This document shows, piece after piece, positions 19,213 to 29,966 of a stretch of DNA of 64,000 nt (its first letter is position 1; each line of letters begins with the position of its first letter). The notes beneath the pieces are model-generated. The model did no database searches. It saw only the letters and a program-made list of their open reading frames with translations, and was not told where the DNA came from. The stretch covers positions 32,001-96,000 of IMG/VR virus record IMGVR_UViG_3300033121_002101, one strand, 5' to 3'. Position numbers and translations under genes: made by a program. Source of the DNA: a virus (Duplodnaviria > Caudoviricetes).

Positions 19213-21608
19213 AACCTGTAGACACAAAAACAAATGTAGCTTCTGAGCCTATACAGAACAAAAAACTGAGATCTGGTATCTCTGTCTCATCTTCTTTTGC
19301 ATCTTCTTTTGATGTTGCGAAAATTAAGAGTGAATCTTTAGAAGTTGCAAAAAGTGTGTCTTCTTACGCTGCATCTGGAGACAAAAGATCGATAGAAATC
19401 GCTGCACTCGACATATCACAGTATTCAAATTCAGTTAAATCACTGTTGAATTCTCAAACTGTAAACAATTTCTTTAACAACAATAATGTACAAGAGCCAA
19501 GCACAGCTGAAAAAGAAATAAAAAAAGCAGGTGTGTCAATAGATTCTTGCAAAATTTCTTTCAATAAAGATAGTGGAATACTTGATGCTTTTTCAGTTGA
19601 GATAGAAGTTTCTGTACCTGAATTTGTTCAAGACATTATATTGATGAGAAGAGATAATGGATTAATATCAGATTTGTTTCCAATGTCAAAAAGAGGAATG
19701 GACTTAATATCATCACATGTCAGTGATTTTATGGGTGGCAGCCAGTTTTCTGATGTAGAACTTGCAACAACTGTGTCAAGAATTCCAGTCAATGATGGAA
19801 AATCTATTGGCGTTACATCTTTTTCTTCAAAAGATGACAAATCATCTGATGTAAGACCGTTTTTGCAACAAACAGAAAATCAATCTACGCTATCAGTTAA
19901 ACTTCTTAAAGGTGTTGTAAACCCAGCAACTGCGTCTTATATGGATGCATCTTTGGTTTATGACATAAACACAATAGAAAGACTGTCAAAAAGACAGAAT
20001 GAAGTTTCAAAAAATGATAAACTAGATGAAAAAGAAGACAATAAACCAAAAGAATTTAAATCTATTGGTAGACACGTTACAACACAGACTAAAAAAATAA
20101 GAATTGTTGACAAATCTGTTATCAGAGGATATTCTTATTCATATTATGCATATTACAAAAATAAGACGAAAGACAGTTTAAGGTCTCAAATTGTAAGTAT
20201 AAATGTTGATAAGACCAACCAGGTCATACAAACACCAACAGTTTATTCTACGGTGCTCAACACGAGCATTTTATTAAATGTTGGTATACCAACCAACATT
20301 GAAAAAATAGAAGTCTACAGGGAAAACAGCAATGCATGGTCTATCATAGGATCTGTCGATGCATCGTCTGCTGGCTGTGTGTTCACAGACAAGAATGTTA
20401 GACCGGGAATAAATTATTCATATAGAGTATATGCAGTTGACCCATTTGGGAATAAATCGCAAGTACCAGCGACATGCACTGCAAGAATACCAGTTGGTTT
20501 GTATCATCCTGTATTACCACCAACTTTAAGTGTTGGTGTTGATAGAACAACTGGTAGATCTTTCATTGATATTTTTGTTGAAGATAAAAACACAAAAATA
20601 ATCAGAATTTCAAGAAAAGATATTTCATTGTATGAAAAGCAATTTTCTATAATAGGTGGACAAGGCCAAGTTTCACTTGGTGTACATGATAAAAAAAGAT
20701 CACAAGATGGATCATTACGTGACATTTCTTCTACACAAAACGGCATATTAGAAATTAATGGGCCTGGTCACTATAAATTCTATGACGTATACTCAAGAGT
20801 AGACCACACTTATCAATATTCATGTGTTGCTATTGATAAGTCTGGAAGAACGTCAATTGATGTCGCAACTGAAAATGTTTTTGTGTCTAAGAAACCGCTG
20901 ATTACACCTCCATCAACGTTGAGTGCATCAATTGATAAGTCAGATATTACCTTGTCATGGGTTGAACAAAACTTAGCTGTATCACCAGATGAAATGTTAG
21001 GTAACAGAGAAACACTATCATTTCACTCTGTAAGAAATCTATATCAAGTTCAAAGAATGAATGTAAAAAATGGAAAATGGATAAGTTTTCCTTTAGTTGA
21101 TACAATTTCAATCATTGATTCTTCAAATGAAATTATAGATGGACGTCCAGAAGCGCCAGTTGTCGGGAATTCTTACATGTATAGAGTTGCAACTTTCCAA
21201 ACAGGTGGATATTATAGCAGCTATACTGATCCAATACTTGTTGAGATTAAAAATGAAGTGAAACAAATTGTTGATTTGAAAGCATCATTGGTTGATTTCA
21301 ACGTAAAGCTTTCTTTTAATTCTGACGGATTTGATGGTGAATGGAGAATTGAAAAAGCTACAATTGGTGCAAAAAATTCAATCGTTGAAGATTTTGTTAC
21401 TTTAGGAAGCATATACAGAGAGTGTAGTAGAATGCGCTCACAATTAGCTGATAAAATTTGTTCACTTAATAAAAAAGAAAGAATTTTTATTGACAGCGAT
21501 GTACAGAGCGGAAAAAACTATTTGTATAGAGTTACTCCAATAACAAAAGACGGAATAGTTGGCAAATCTGAAACTATTGGCATTTCATTGGCAAAGGCGG
21601 TAAAGTAA
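19209..21608 (+). CDS. Fibronectin-III-like repeat protein
   Basis: About five D..V..G..Y.Y.V-type motifs (e.g. DKNVRPGINYSYRV, DSDVQSGKNYLYRV). Confidence 0.6.
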   Translation: MKPVDTKTNVASEPIQNKKLRSGISVSSSFASSFDVAKIKSESLEVAKSVSSYAASGDKRSIEIAALDISQYSNSVKSLLNSQTVNNFFNNNNVQEPSTAEKEIKKAGVSIDSCKISFNKDSGILDAFSVEIEVSVPEFVQDIILMRRDNGLISDLFPMSKRGMDLISSHVSDFMGGSQFSDVELATTVSRIPVNDGKSIGVTSFSSKDDKSSDVRPFLQQTENQSTLSVKLLKGVVNPATASYMDASLVYDINTIERLSKRQNEVSKNDKLDEKEDNKPKEFKSIGRHVTTQTKKIRIVDKSVIRGYSYSYYAYYKNKTKDSLRSQIVSINVDKTNQVIQTPTVYSTVLNTSILLNVGIPTNIEKIEVYRENSNAWSIIGSVDASSAGCVFTDKNVRPGINYSYRVYAVDPFGNKSQVPATCTARIPVGLYHPVLPPTLSVGVDRTTGRSFIDIFVEDKNTKIIRISRKDISLYEKQFSIIGGQGQVSLGVHDKKRSQDGSLRDISSTQNGILEINGPGHYKFYDVYSRVDHTYQYSCVAIDKSGRTSIDVATENVFVSKKPLITPPSTLSASIDKSDITLSWVEQNLAVSPDEMLGNRETLSFHSVRNLYQVQRMNVKNGKWISFPLVDTISIIDSSNEIIDGRPEAPVVGNSYMYRVATFQTGGYYSSYTDPILVEIKNEVKQIVDLKASLVDFNVKLSFNSDGFDGEWRIEKATIGAKNSIVEDFVTLGSIYRECSRMRSQLADKICSLNKKERIFIDSDVQSGKNYLYRVTPITKDGIVGKSETIGISLAKAVK

Positions 21609-21609
21609 A

Positions 21610-23181
21610 TTGTCTGATAAAAGTGATTTACAATCAATATGCGACTGCATGTTGTCACCACCATCTCTCGATCCTGGCAATCCCAGAGTGATTGCTTATT
21701 TTTCAAGAATAGATACAGCTGCGTCAATTTTTGGAATTGAACTTGCTAGTTCTTCATTTGGATTCTCAGCTAATATTATAAAAAGAAATCAATGCTTAGA
21801 AAAAATAAGAGAATGCATTGACATGTATGAAAACATATCAGCTGCTGGCTTGTTTATGAATGAAAACCCATTCACAAGAATAGATGCAATAAACTCTTCA
21901 AGAAGAGTTGTAGATGATATTGGCAATAGCAATGAAATTTTTTCATCTACAATGAAAAATATCCGTACTCTTCTTGACTTAATCACCAGAAGAGATGCTG
22001 GTTCTTTTGACATATCAGGCGCAAGGCCACAAGTAAGTGCGCTTGATATATCATTTGGCGGAATGACAGGAATACCATCATCTATTTTTAATGCAGATGA
22101 TTTAAAGCGCCAACAATCTCTTAACGCTCTAAGAGAACTTGACTTTTCAAAAAGAAAACCAAAAGTTTTATTTGTCTCTGAAAGAGAAGGAGAGACATAT
22201 GACATAGTGGTCGGCTGGCTAAAGATGAGAGATGCATCATCTTACATGTTAACTCTTTCAGATAGAGTTTTTCAGCATACGATTCACGTTACAATACAAT
22301 CACAGAATTTAGAAAACGTTGATGAAACAACTAAATCATTTTACAAGTCTGTGATAGCTCCAGTTATTGGTAATTCAATAAAAGAAAAAGATATTGCATT
22401 ATACAGATTTTCAAATGTGTTAAGAGATAGTGTGTACTCATTTTCAATTTTGCCAATGCAGAATATAAACTCTGGAAGAAATAATCTGTTTAGAATGACT
22501 CTTAATAGAGTTGTCATGACAGATAGACAAATGAGCAATATTTTATCTGCAATACAACTCGCTGGTTTTTCAAATACAGATGAAATCACTCCATATCCGT
22601 TTATATCAAAAGAACTGTATGGAACAGATAAATACGGATGGCTTTTAGCAGGCGTCAATTTGTTATCTGCATTTGACAAAAATGAGCAAGCTGCAAAAGT
22701 AAGATCATATTCGTACATTGGTGCTAAATGGTCACAAATATCGCAGCTTATTTTGTCTGGTGAATTTTATGCTCCATCAAATGTATCTTCGTTTGAACAG
22801 GCTTTGAATAATTCATTTTCAACATATGGCTTATCATCTACAATGATAGAAATTTTAGATAAGTGCGGAATGTTGCTATTTTTTGATGATAGAGAAGGAT
22901 TTGATACAACAATAGTATCAACTGGCAATTCAAATGCTATAAAAGAAACAGGTCTTGCAAGAGCAATAATTTCAGCAATAGATCCAGTTAGTGCAACTGT
23001 CACACCTAGTGCAATATACGCAGCCACTGAAATTAATTCAGGCAATTGGCGTACTTTATTTGCATCACAAGTACTAACACCAAGACTTGATAATTCAAGT
23101 GATGAAATAGATATTATTTCATATGAAGGTGTTACAAGGTTTTTAAACGTTATGATTGATGCATCAAGAAGGGCTTCATAA
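21610..23181 (+). CDS. Hypothetical (probable structural) protein
   Basis: Long ORF within the structural block; TTG start. Confidence 0.6.
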   Translation: MSDKSDLQSICDCMLSPPSLDPGNPRVIAYFSRIDTAASIFGIELASSSFGFSANIIKRNQCLEKIRECIDMYENISAAGLFMNENPFTRIDAINSSRRVVDDIGNSNEIFSSTMKNIRTLLDLITRRDAGSFDISGARPQVSALDISFGGMTGIPSSIFNADDLKRQQSLNALRELDFSKRKPKVLFVSEREGETYDIVVGWLKMRDASSYMLTLSDRVFQHTIHVTIQSQNLENVDETTKSFYKSVIAPVIGNSIKEKDIALYRFSNVLRDSVYSFSILPMQNINSGRNNLFRMTLNRVVMTDRQMSNILSAIQLAGFSNTDEITPYPFISKELYGTDKYGWLLAGVNLLSAFDKNEQAAKVRSYSYIGAKWSQISQLILSGEFYAPSNVSSFEQALNNSFSTYGLSSTMIEILDKCGMLLFFDDREGFDTTIVSTGNSNAIKETGLARAIISAIDPVSATVTPSAIYAATEINSGNWRTLFASQVLTPRLDNSSDEIDIISYEGVTRFLNVMIDASRRAS

Positions 23182-25817
23182 TGCCATCTAGACAAATCAT
23201 AAGAGATAGTATAACAACTATTCTTACGCCTACACAGAATGACAGCAGAGATCTACCCTCTACAACAACAGAAGTAACAACTGTTCTTTCACCAACTGAA
23301 AACAGCGGTCATGGGTCGTCTACAACTGAAATTGATTCTGTTCTTGTTGGGTATGTTACAGGTTCATACTCAAAAAGTGTTTTTTTTGAAACGTTATTTG
23401 ATAGCTTTAATTTAAACTGTAAGCCAGTCTATAAAAAGTATACAGATGATGAATCAAAAAATGAACCAGAAAACAGTTTATCACTAGAACTAAGTGATTA
23501 TCCTCGCTATATTGAAATTACATGGAACACATGTCCAGCAATAGAGTATGCTCTTCAAGAACAAGCTCAGCAGACATTTGATACATCTGGCATTTTTACA
23601 GTTCCGCAGATAAATGATTTTATGAACCCAGGCGCGGGTTCGATGAAATTAACAACTCAATCTAAAAATAAAAATTTGCCTGAAGAGTTTGATGAAAGTA
23701 AAGTGCTTTCGTCAAATAAGATGGTAGGTATAAAAGTTTCAGACATAATCTCTAATTTAAAAATAGCAGATAGAACTGGCATTATTATTGATGACTTAGA
23801 GACAAGGGCAAAAGTACCACAAACACAGCAAAATAGTTTTGAATCTTTCTTAGACAAAAGAAGTAATGAGCTAGAGCAAACCAACATTGTAATAACACCA
23901 AAAGCTGCACTTGAATTGTTATCAGCGCCATCATTCCCAAATGATTCAAGAGAGCATGTAGAATCATCACTTGTTGTATCTGCATTTTCAACTGAGATAG
24001 GTTTAGCAGATTCTCTTGAAGATCAAATAGATCAGACAACCGTTGACCCTCCATACATTGAAACAAGTGCAATAATGCCGTCATTTTCATATGCTGGCTA
24101 TTTGATACAAAGACAAAAACTATCACGTGATGGTATTTTTGTAGATGATAAAGTTTTTAAAATAGTTGGAAGAAATTCCAATGTTTATAGAGATGTGTCT
24201 GTTGCATACGGTACAGTATACAGATACAGAATATCATCAATAGCAAAATGGGTTCATAATCAAGAATTGAGATTAGATGGTTTTGTCGATGTAGAACAAA
24301 CTACGCAAAACGGGCAGATGGTAATAAGGACAGTGAGATCTTCATGGAGCCCATATGTAAATGCTGTTGTTTTAGATACAGATTTACCAACACCGCCAAA
24401 AGAGTTGTCTATTATCATTGATAAAAAAAGAAAAGGCGCAATTTTATTTTGGAAAGTTCCAGACAATCAACAATCAGACATTATATTCTTCAATTTATAC
24501 AGAAGAAAAGTGTCAGAATTTGGACATTTTAGTGAATGGGAACAAATATCTAGAAATATAAAACCATCAAATGGATCATTTTTCAATAAATTGGAAGAAA
24601 ATGATAGTGGTAAAGTCATATATGCGATGACGTCAGTGTCTATACACGGACAAGAATCATCATTGTCTGAACAGATTTCATGTCAATCGTCTCTAATATC
24701 AAGAGATACAAACATTAATTTAGAGTCTTTTCCTGGTGTTTCGATTGAAAATCACGGAGCACTTTCTGTAAACCCACCACTTAAATCACTTGAAAAAGTA
24801 GAATTTTTAAATAGATTTTCATTAAAACCAAGAACTGGAACTACGAAAACAGTTGGTTCTGACAGGTCTGTTATTGTAAGAATAATGTCTACACAAACAG
24901 GTGAAAATATAGACATACCAGTTAATTTGCTTTATAAAAATTCTACTGTGTCTTTGCCCGCTTTTATAAAACGAGTGCAAGCAGATAGAAGAAATTTGCA
25001 AGTTCAATTTCCGCAAGACAATATATCTCAGCTTGTTCAATCACCAACTGCACAAACAACTACTGCAACAGCAGACAATACAATAATATTTCCAGACACA
25101 ATGTCTTCATTTTTATTATCAACTGGAAAAACAGTTGATGCTTTGTGGATAGGAAATGAAGCAACTGCATCTCTTACAGACAGAACTGGAAATGGTAATA
25201 ACTTAGCGCCAGTTGGTTCACCTATATACCAGTTTTTAGGACCTGGAAATCATTATGGTGTAAAATATGAAGCAGCAAACAACTTAGCTCACAGAGCAGA
25301 CGTGGGATTGATTGCTAGCGGGTCTTTCATATATGGTGCTGTGATAAGCATTGCCAGTGATATTGACTACTTACAAACATTAGTTGGTAGGTCTGCAACA
25401 GCTTTTGATCCATGTTGTATTGCTTATTTGTTTACATATATATCTCCAAGATGGCCTGTTTTATTAATTCGAGATGCAGCCGCAGGTCAGTTGATTGTTG
25501 CTATGAACACCGCAATCGATTGGATGAATTTATATCCAGGAGAATGGCTTGTTCAAATACAAGTAGATCGTGAAACAGTTCCGCCTGTCGCAAGAATGCG
25601 AGTATCTTCAAATAATTCTTTAATTGATGAAAAATCAGGGTCTATGACAGGGATTGGAAGTTTAAGTGGGTCAACTGGTGCATTTGGCTTCGGAGCGTCA
25701 CTTGGAAACAATACTGTCGGAGGAAGTGCATTCTATTATGGATATTATATGACAGGATCACAGTGCTGTGGACCGAATGTGCTAAGTTCAATTGCATCAA
25801 GTTTAGGATATGAGTGA
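23181..25817 (+). CDS. FN3-containing structural protein with C-terminal LamG/lectin-like module
   Basis: DVSVAYGTVYRYRI, PTPPKEL...W...YRR; Thr-rich linker, then LWIGNEATASLTDRTGNGNNL. Confidence 0.55.
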   Translation: MPSRQIIRDSITTILTPTQNDSRDLPSTTTEVTTVLSPTENSGHGSSTTEIDSVLVGYVTGSYSKSVFFETLFDSFNLNCKPVYKKYTDDESKNEPENSLSLELSDYPRYIEITWNTCPAIEYALQEQAQQTFDTSGIFTVPQINDFMNPGAGSMKLTTQSKNKNLPEEFDESKVLSSNKMVGIKVSDIISNLKIADRTGIIIDDLETRAKVPQTQQNSFESFLDKRSNELEQTNIVITPKAALELLSAPSFPNDSREHVESSLVVSAFSTEIGLADSLEDQIDQTTVDPPYIETSAIMPSFSYAGYLIQRQKLSRDGIFVDDKVFKIVGRNSNVYRDVSVAYGTVYRYRISSIAKWVHNQELRLDGFVDVEQTTQNGQMVIRTVRSSWSPYVNAVVLDTDLPTPPKELSIIIDKKRKGAILFWKVPDNQQSDIIFFNLYRRKVSEFGHFSEWEQISRNIKPSNGSFFNKLEENDSGKVIYAMTSVSIHGQESSLSEQISCQSSLISRDTNINLESFPGVSIENHGALSVNPPLKSLEKVEFLNRFSLKPRTGTTKTVGSDRSVIVRIMSTQTGENIDIPVNLLYKNSTVSLPAFIKRVQADRRNLQVQFPQDNISQLVQSPTAQTTTATADNTIIFPDTMSSFLLSTGKTVDALWIGNEATASLTDRTGNGNNLAPVGSPIYQFLGPGNHYGVKYEAANNLAHRADVGLIASGSFIYGAVISIASDIDYLQTLVGRSATAFDPCCIAYLFTYISPRWPVLLIRDAAAGQLIVAMNTAIDWMNLYPGEWLVQIQVDRETVPPVARMRVSSNNSLIDEKSGSMTGIGSLSGSTGAFGFGASLGNNTVGGSAFYYGYYMTGSQCCGPNVLSSIASSLGYE

Positions 25818-25845
25818 AGCGACATATAAGTTTATAATCAGACTA

Positions 25846-25852
25846 CTAAATA
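25846..25852 (+). promoter_or_regulatory. Candidate late promoter CTAAATA
   Basis: Matches the T4-type late box core; same as 35675. Confidence 0.5.
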
Positions 25853-25870
25853 ATCTAACTGGAGATATTC

Positions 25871-26584
25871 ATGGGAATAAATGATAATAGCGGCGAGGTG
25901 TTCATAGAAGCAACACTTACAGATCTCGGAAGAGAACGTCTTGCAAGAAATGATGGAAGCTTTAATATTGTACAATTTAGACTTGGTGACGACGAAATTG
26001 ATTATCGTTCTTGGAACGAACTAACTGGTTCTACATCAAAAGATGCGTCAATTATAGATGCACCGTTGTTTGAAGCATTTGGAAATGAATCAATAGCTTT
26101 AAAATATCCATTGATAACAATAGCTAACCCATACTTGAAATATATTCCAGAGTTTTCGTCTAGGCCAACATCTATTACTCTAAGAGAAAACATAGACTCA
26201 CTTGGCGGAGGGCAAACTGTTTCTGTATATCCACAGTTTTTAAGAAATCAGCAGGTTATACCTCCAGAAATAGTTGACGTCGCATATTCAGTTGAAGTAG
26301 ATAATGATTTACTTTTCATTTCTGCTGAATTACCAGTAGCAAAAACAAGACATGGGTTTGCAAGGTATGTGCTTCCAGCAGATAGCGGTATAACGTCTGC
26401 TGGAGGTTCTCAAGTTACATTTAATGTAAGAGTTCAAACATTAAATCCACAAATATTTGATACTATGGCCGGTGCTTCTGCTGCAAAGCCAAGAAGCATA
26501 ACAACATCAATAATTGTAACAGGACACCAAAGTGGTTTAAATGTTACAATACCAGTAACAATAACAGAATTCGCAACAAGCTGA
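25871..26584 (+). CDS. Baseplate/tail-collar-like protein (paralog of 18619)
   Basis: ATLTDLGRERLA...FRLGDDEIDY...PLFEA; SD GGAG. Confidence 0.65.
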   Translation: MGINDNSGEVFIEATLTDLGRERLARNDGSFNIVQFRLGDDEIDYRSWNELTGSTSKDASIIDAPLFEAFGNESIALKYPLITIANPYLKYIPEFSSRPTSITLRENIDSLGGGQTVSVYPQFLRNQQVIPPEIVDVAYSVEVDNDLLFISAELPVAKTRHGFARYVLPADSGITSAGGSQVTFNVRVQTLNPQIFDTMAGASAAKPRSITTSIIVTGHQSGLNVTIPVTITEFATS

Positions 26585-26591
26585 GGAATGA

Positions 26592-27587
26592 ATGTCATTT
26601 AAACTTTTTGATCCAGAAAACGATATAGTTACGTTGCGCAGTTCTGTAAATGAAGTGCTAGACGTAACTGGTTCTATTATGTTGACAGATGCAAATGTTA
26701 AGTTTTTTAAAAACATTGCATCATCTTCTGTAGATCCAGACCTTGGAGGCTATTGGGAATCTGTTTTTGACAGCTCACCAACATCGTCACTCAGTACAGC
26801 ACTGTTTGATGTGACTTATGGAGTTGCAACAGGATCTTCATACAATGTTTTAAGCTCAAACAGCTCTTCACAAAGCCAAAAAGTAAAAGTTTATCGTGAA
26901 ATGGCTGGAGTTTTGCTTGGCAATAAAGATTCTCTGTTCACAATCGGCGGGACAGAAAGAAAAGAAGCTCTCTTTATCTCAGTGAAAAGAGATATTTTCA
27001 AAGATGAGATTAAAAAAGGTGCAACTTCAATAACGATTAATTCAGCTGCTCCAACACAGTATTCAGCAAGTGATGCTGGTGCAAACAGCACATTCAAACA
27101 AAGTATTGGTGGAGATTATGCGCCACTAAAGTACAACGGAACAGGATCTGAAGTTGGACAAGTTTGGTATGATGCGGGTATCATTATACTGCACCCAGAT
27201 ACAGCATATGGAGCTATTACAATTTGGTCTGGAAGCAAAACGCTGATAAATGTTCAGAGTTCTGGAAATATCAACCAAGTTGTAGATGGTTTCAGAAGAA
27301 AAACAGAAAAAGTAGTTTTCCACAACCAGTTAAACATTTATTCTACTTCTTATTATGTTAGAGCAAGGAATAGAGAATTCAATTATTCTTCAAACCCAAC
27401 GTTTACAGATGACAACATGAGAATTAGAGTAACATCTGGAAGCAATGAGCAGCTTACAAGAACGTACATAACATCAATCGCTCTTTGTGATCCAAATGGA
27501 AATATTCTTGCAATTGCAAAAACAAACAAACCAGTCGCAAAAGGTCCAGAAAACGAAGTCACATTAAGAGTTCGTTTGGATTTCTGA
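26592..27587 (+). CDS. Baseplate structural protein (C-terminus shared with 27610)
   Basis: VGQVWYDAG, EFNYSSNPTF, TYITSIALCD...IAK...RVRLDF. Confidence 0.65.
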   Translation: MSFKLFDPENDIVTLRSSVNEVLDVTGSIMLTDANVKFFKNIASSSVDPDLGGYWESVFDSSPTSSLSTALFDVTYGVATGSSYNVLSSNSSSQSQKVKVYREMAGVLLGNKDSLFTIGGTERKEALFISVKRDIFKDEIKKGATSITINSAAPTQYSASDAGANSTFKQSIGGDYAPLKYNGTGSEVGQVWYDAGIIILHPDTAYGAITIWSGSKTLINVQSSGNINQVVDGFRRKTEKVVFHNQLNIYSTSYYVRARNREFNYSSNPTFTDDNMRIRVTSGSNEQLTRTYITSIALCDPNGNILAIAKTNKPVAKGPENEVTLRVRLDF

Positions 27588-27609
27588 GGTCATCTTGTGA
27601 GGAACACGG

Positions 27610-29361
27610 ATGTCCGCAATAAAAAAATTAGATAAAACAGATGTATTAAACACTGTACTCGTACCATCATACGGAATTGAAATAGTTTCTGGAACTGCTG
27701 GGTGGACTGGTGGAGATGTTTCTGGGTCTATTTCTTTATTCGGCGGAATTAGAATACCAGGTAGGTCTACTTGTATAAGACCTACATCTGGTTCTTTTAC
27801 AACAGCTTCAATATCATATTCTTCAGTCAGATTATCTGATATTACTGAAAGTGAAACAGAAAAAGGAAATAGAACTTGGCGTACAGTAGACAGCCTTTAT
27901 AGATACTATTCTTCTTTTAATCCACTATATTCTACATCTAGTTACGATTATCAGTGTTTGTTCTTTAAAAACAAAAGCAATAATATTGCAATATGTAATG
28001 ATGCAATATCAATGCAGCCGTGGAGAAGCATAACTTCTTCGTTGTGTTTAGAAGCTTGGGTTAAACCGTTTATGTCTTCAAGCGAAGATAACAGCGGTAG
28101 AACAATCTTAAGCAGAACAGGTTTGTATTGGTTTGGTGTGACCGGTTCGGCAGGCGACATGAGAGTTACATTCTCATCGTCATTGGGTTTCTATACTTCT
28201 AGTTTAACGTTAAGTGTTGGAAAATGGTCACACGTAGCTGTTTCTGTTGGATCAAACACAGGCAGCATATATGTCGGTTTAAAAGAAACAAATAGATTTA
28301 CATACGCAGCAGCTGGCTTGGCATCATCAAATACTGCAAGTTTCAGCCCAGCGTTCTGCGTAGGCAATGTGTACACAGGATCAATTGTATCACTCGGCGG
28401 AAAAAATTCATATGAGTCACCAGATACAGTGTCTTCTGGTAGTGGAAGATCATTTCATGGGCTTATTCATGAAGTTAGAGAATGGAAAATAGCAAGAACT
28501 TGGCAGCAAATATCATCATCACATGATAAAAGAATACAATATGGTGATACTGGTTATTTGCCAATTTACATGCCAATGCTTGATGCACATAAAAGCTCAT
28601 CTGCTGGTTATGCTGTTGGCAGTGGTTCAAATTGTCCAACAATAAGTGGAAGTGCAAATGATATAGCATTTAACATAAAAGGTTATACAAACAATCCAAG
28701 TTGGTTTCCAAACGGAAATCCAAATTTTCATCCAGATAAAACAATTGCAACAGAAGCTACAAATTATGCAAGACCGCTGTTAAAACTATTGAATATACCA
28801 AGAGCAATGTATGGATCATCAATAGCGACAGGGTCGTTTACATTGACATGCAAATCATTTTCTGGTGATAATGCTGAAATCATAAGAGTAATAAAAGATG
28901 ATGGTAAAGGCCAACTGTACATGCACAGTTGCATGTCAGCGTCATTCTACGAGTCACAGTGGAGTGAGAATGTACCATGGAATAGGGTAGGCAATATATT
29001 TTATTCTGAGGGCGTGGTCGTCATCTCTGATGACTCTGTATTGGATTTGTGCCAAGATGTTGCATCTTTGTCTAAATTCCCAACAACACAAATGACAGTA
29101 TCATTTAATGGCGTGTCGCCAGTTCCTGTTTCTGTTGTATCATGTCATATTCAGGGAGACGAATGTAATTTATCTACAAATGATTCATTTTCAGAAACAG
29201 ACTCATCTGGTATTGCAAGACCTGTTTTAAATGAAACATATATTTCTTCTGTAGTGTTGTATGATAAACTGTTAAGACCAGTTGGCATTGCAAAACTAGC
29301 AATGCCGCTGAGAAAAAGAAAAAATGACAGTATAAACATACGTCTCAGAAGGGATTTCTAA
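27610..29361 (+). CDS. Baseplate structural protein with LamG domain
   Basis: LEAWVKP, WSHVAVS, HEVREW; VGNIFYSEG; TYISSVVLYD...IAK...RLRRDF. Confidence 0.65.
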   Translation: MSAIKKLDKTDVLNTVLVPSYGIEIVSGTAGWTGGDVSGSISLFGGIRIPGRSTCIRPTSGSFTTASISYSSVRLSDITESETEKGNRTWRTVDSLYRYYSSFNPLYSTSSYDYQCLFFKNKSNNIAICNDAISMQPWRSITSSLCLEAWVKPFMSSSEDNSGRTILSRTGLYWFGVTGSAGDMRVTFSSSLGFYTSSLTLSVGKWSHVAVSVGSNTGSIYVGLKETNRFTYAAAGLASSNTASFSPAFCVGNVYTGSIVSLGGKNSYESPDTVSSGSGRSFHGLIHEVREWKIARTWQQISSSHDKRIQYGDTGYLPIYMPMLDAHKSSSAGYAVGSGSNCPTISGSANDIAFNIKGYTNNPSWFPNGNPNFHPDKTIATEATNYARPLLKLLNIPRAMYGSSIATGSFTLTCKSFSGDNAEIIRVIKDDGKGQLYMHSCMSASFYESQWSENVPWNRVGNIFYSEGVVVISDDSVLDLCQDVASLSKFPTTQMTVSFNGVSPVPVSVVSCHIQGDECNLSTNDSFSETDSSGIARPVLNETYISSVVLYDKLLRPVGIAKLAMPLRKRKNDSINIRLRRDF

Positions 29362-29966
29362 TGATATATTTTGGTTGGGATATAAGCACAGCGAATATCG
29401 GCATGTGTGCTGTTGATGATAAACAAAACGTTGTAGCTATCGATGTTTTACGGTTAAGCAAAGAGTCAAAAAATATAAACGAAAAATTCGTTATAGCTGC
29501 AAAAGGTGTTAGAGAATTTATAAAGTCAGTAAGAAATAAATTTCCAAATGAAATTGAAAGACATTCGATAGAAGAAAGACTCAAGAGCTGCGGCAGAGTG
29601 ACAAACAAGAATACTTTATTGTCGCTTGCATCAATTAATGCGGTTGTTACACATGTTATAATAGAGGAATGCGCTGCCAATTATTTATCGGTCGTTCATC
29701 TTCATCCAAATGAAGTAAAGAAACTGATGAATATAAAAGTCGCTAAAGGCGAAGATAAGAAAAAAATTACAGTTGACATTGTAAGATCTTTGTACCCTGA
29801 ATTTCCATTCAAACTTAACAAAAAAGGTGTAAATCCAGTTGAAGGTACTGAAGATATGGCAGATGCATATGTCACAGCTGTCGCTCTTTTGAGAAAAGAT
29901 ATTGAACAAAATAAGAAAAGAATATCTGCTAACAAAGGCGCTGGGAAAACCAGCGTCAAGGAATGA
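29361..29966 (+). CDS. RuvC-like Holliday junction resolvase
   Basis: GWDISTANIG, IEE, EDMADA acidic catalytic motifs. Confidence 0.8.
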   Translation: MIYFGWDISTANIGMCAVDDKQNVVAIDVLRLSKESKNINEKFVIAAKGVREFIKSVRNKFPNEIERHSIEERLKSCGRVTNKNTLLSLASINAVVTHVIIEECAANYLSVVHLHPNEVKKLMNIKVAKGEDKKKITVDIVRSLYPEFPFKLNKKGVNPVEGTEDMADAYVTAVALLRKDIEQNKKRISANKGAGKTSVKE

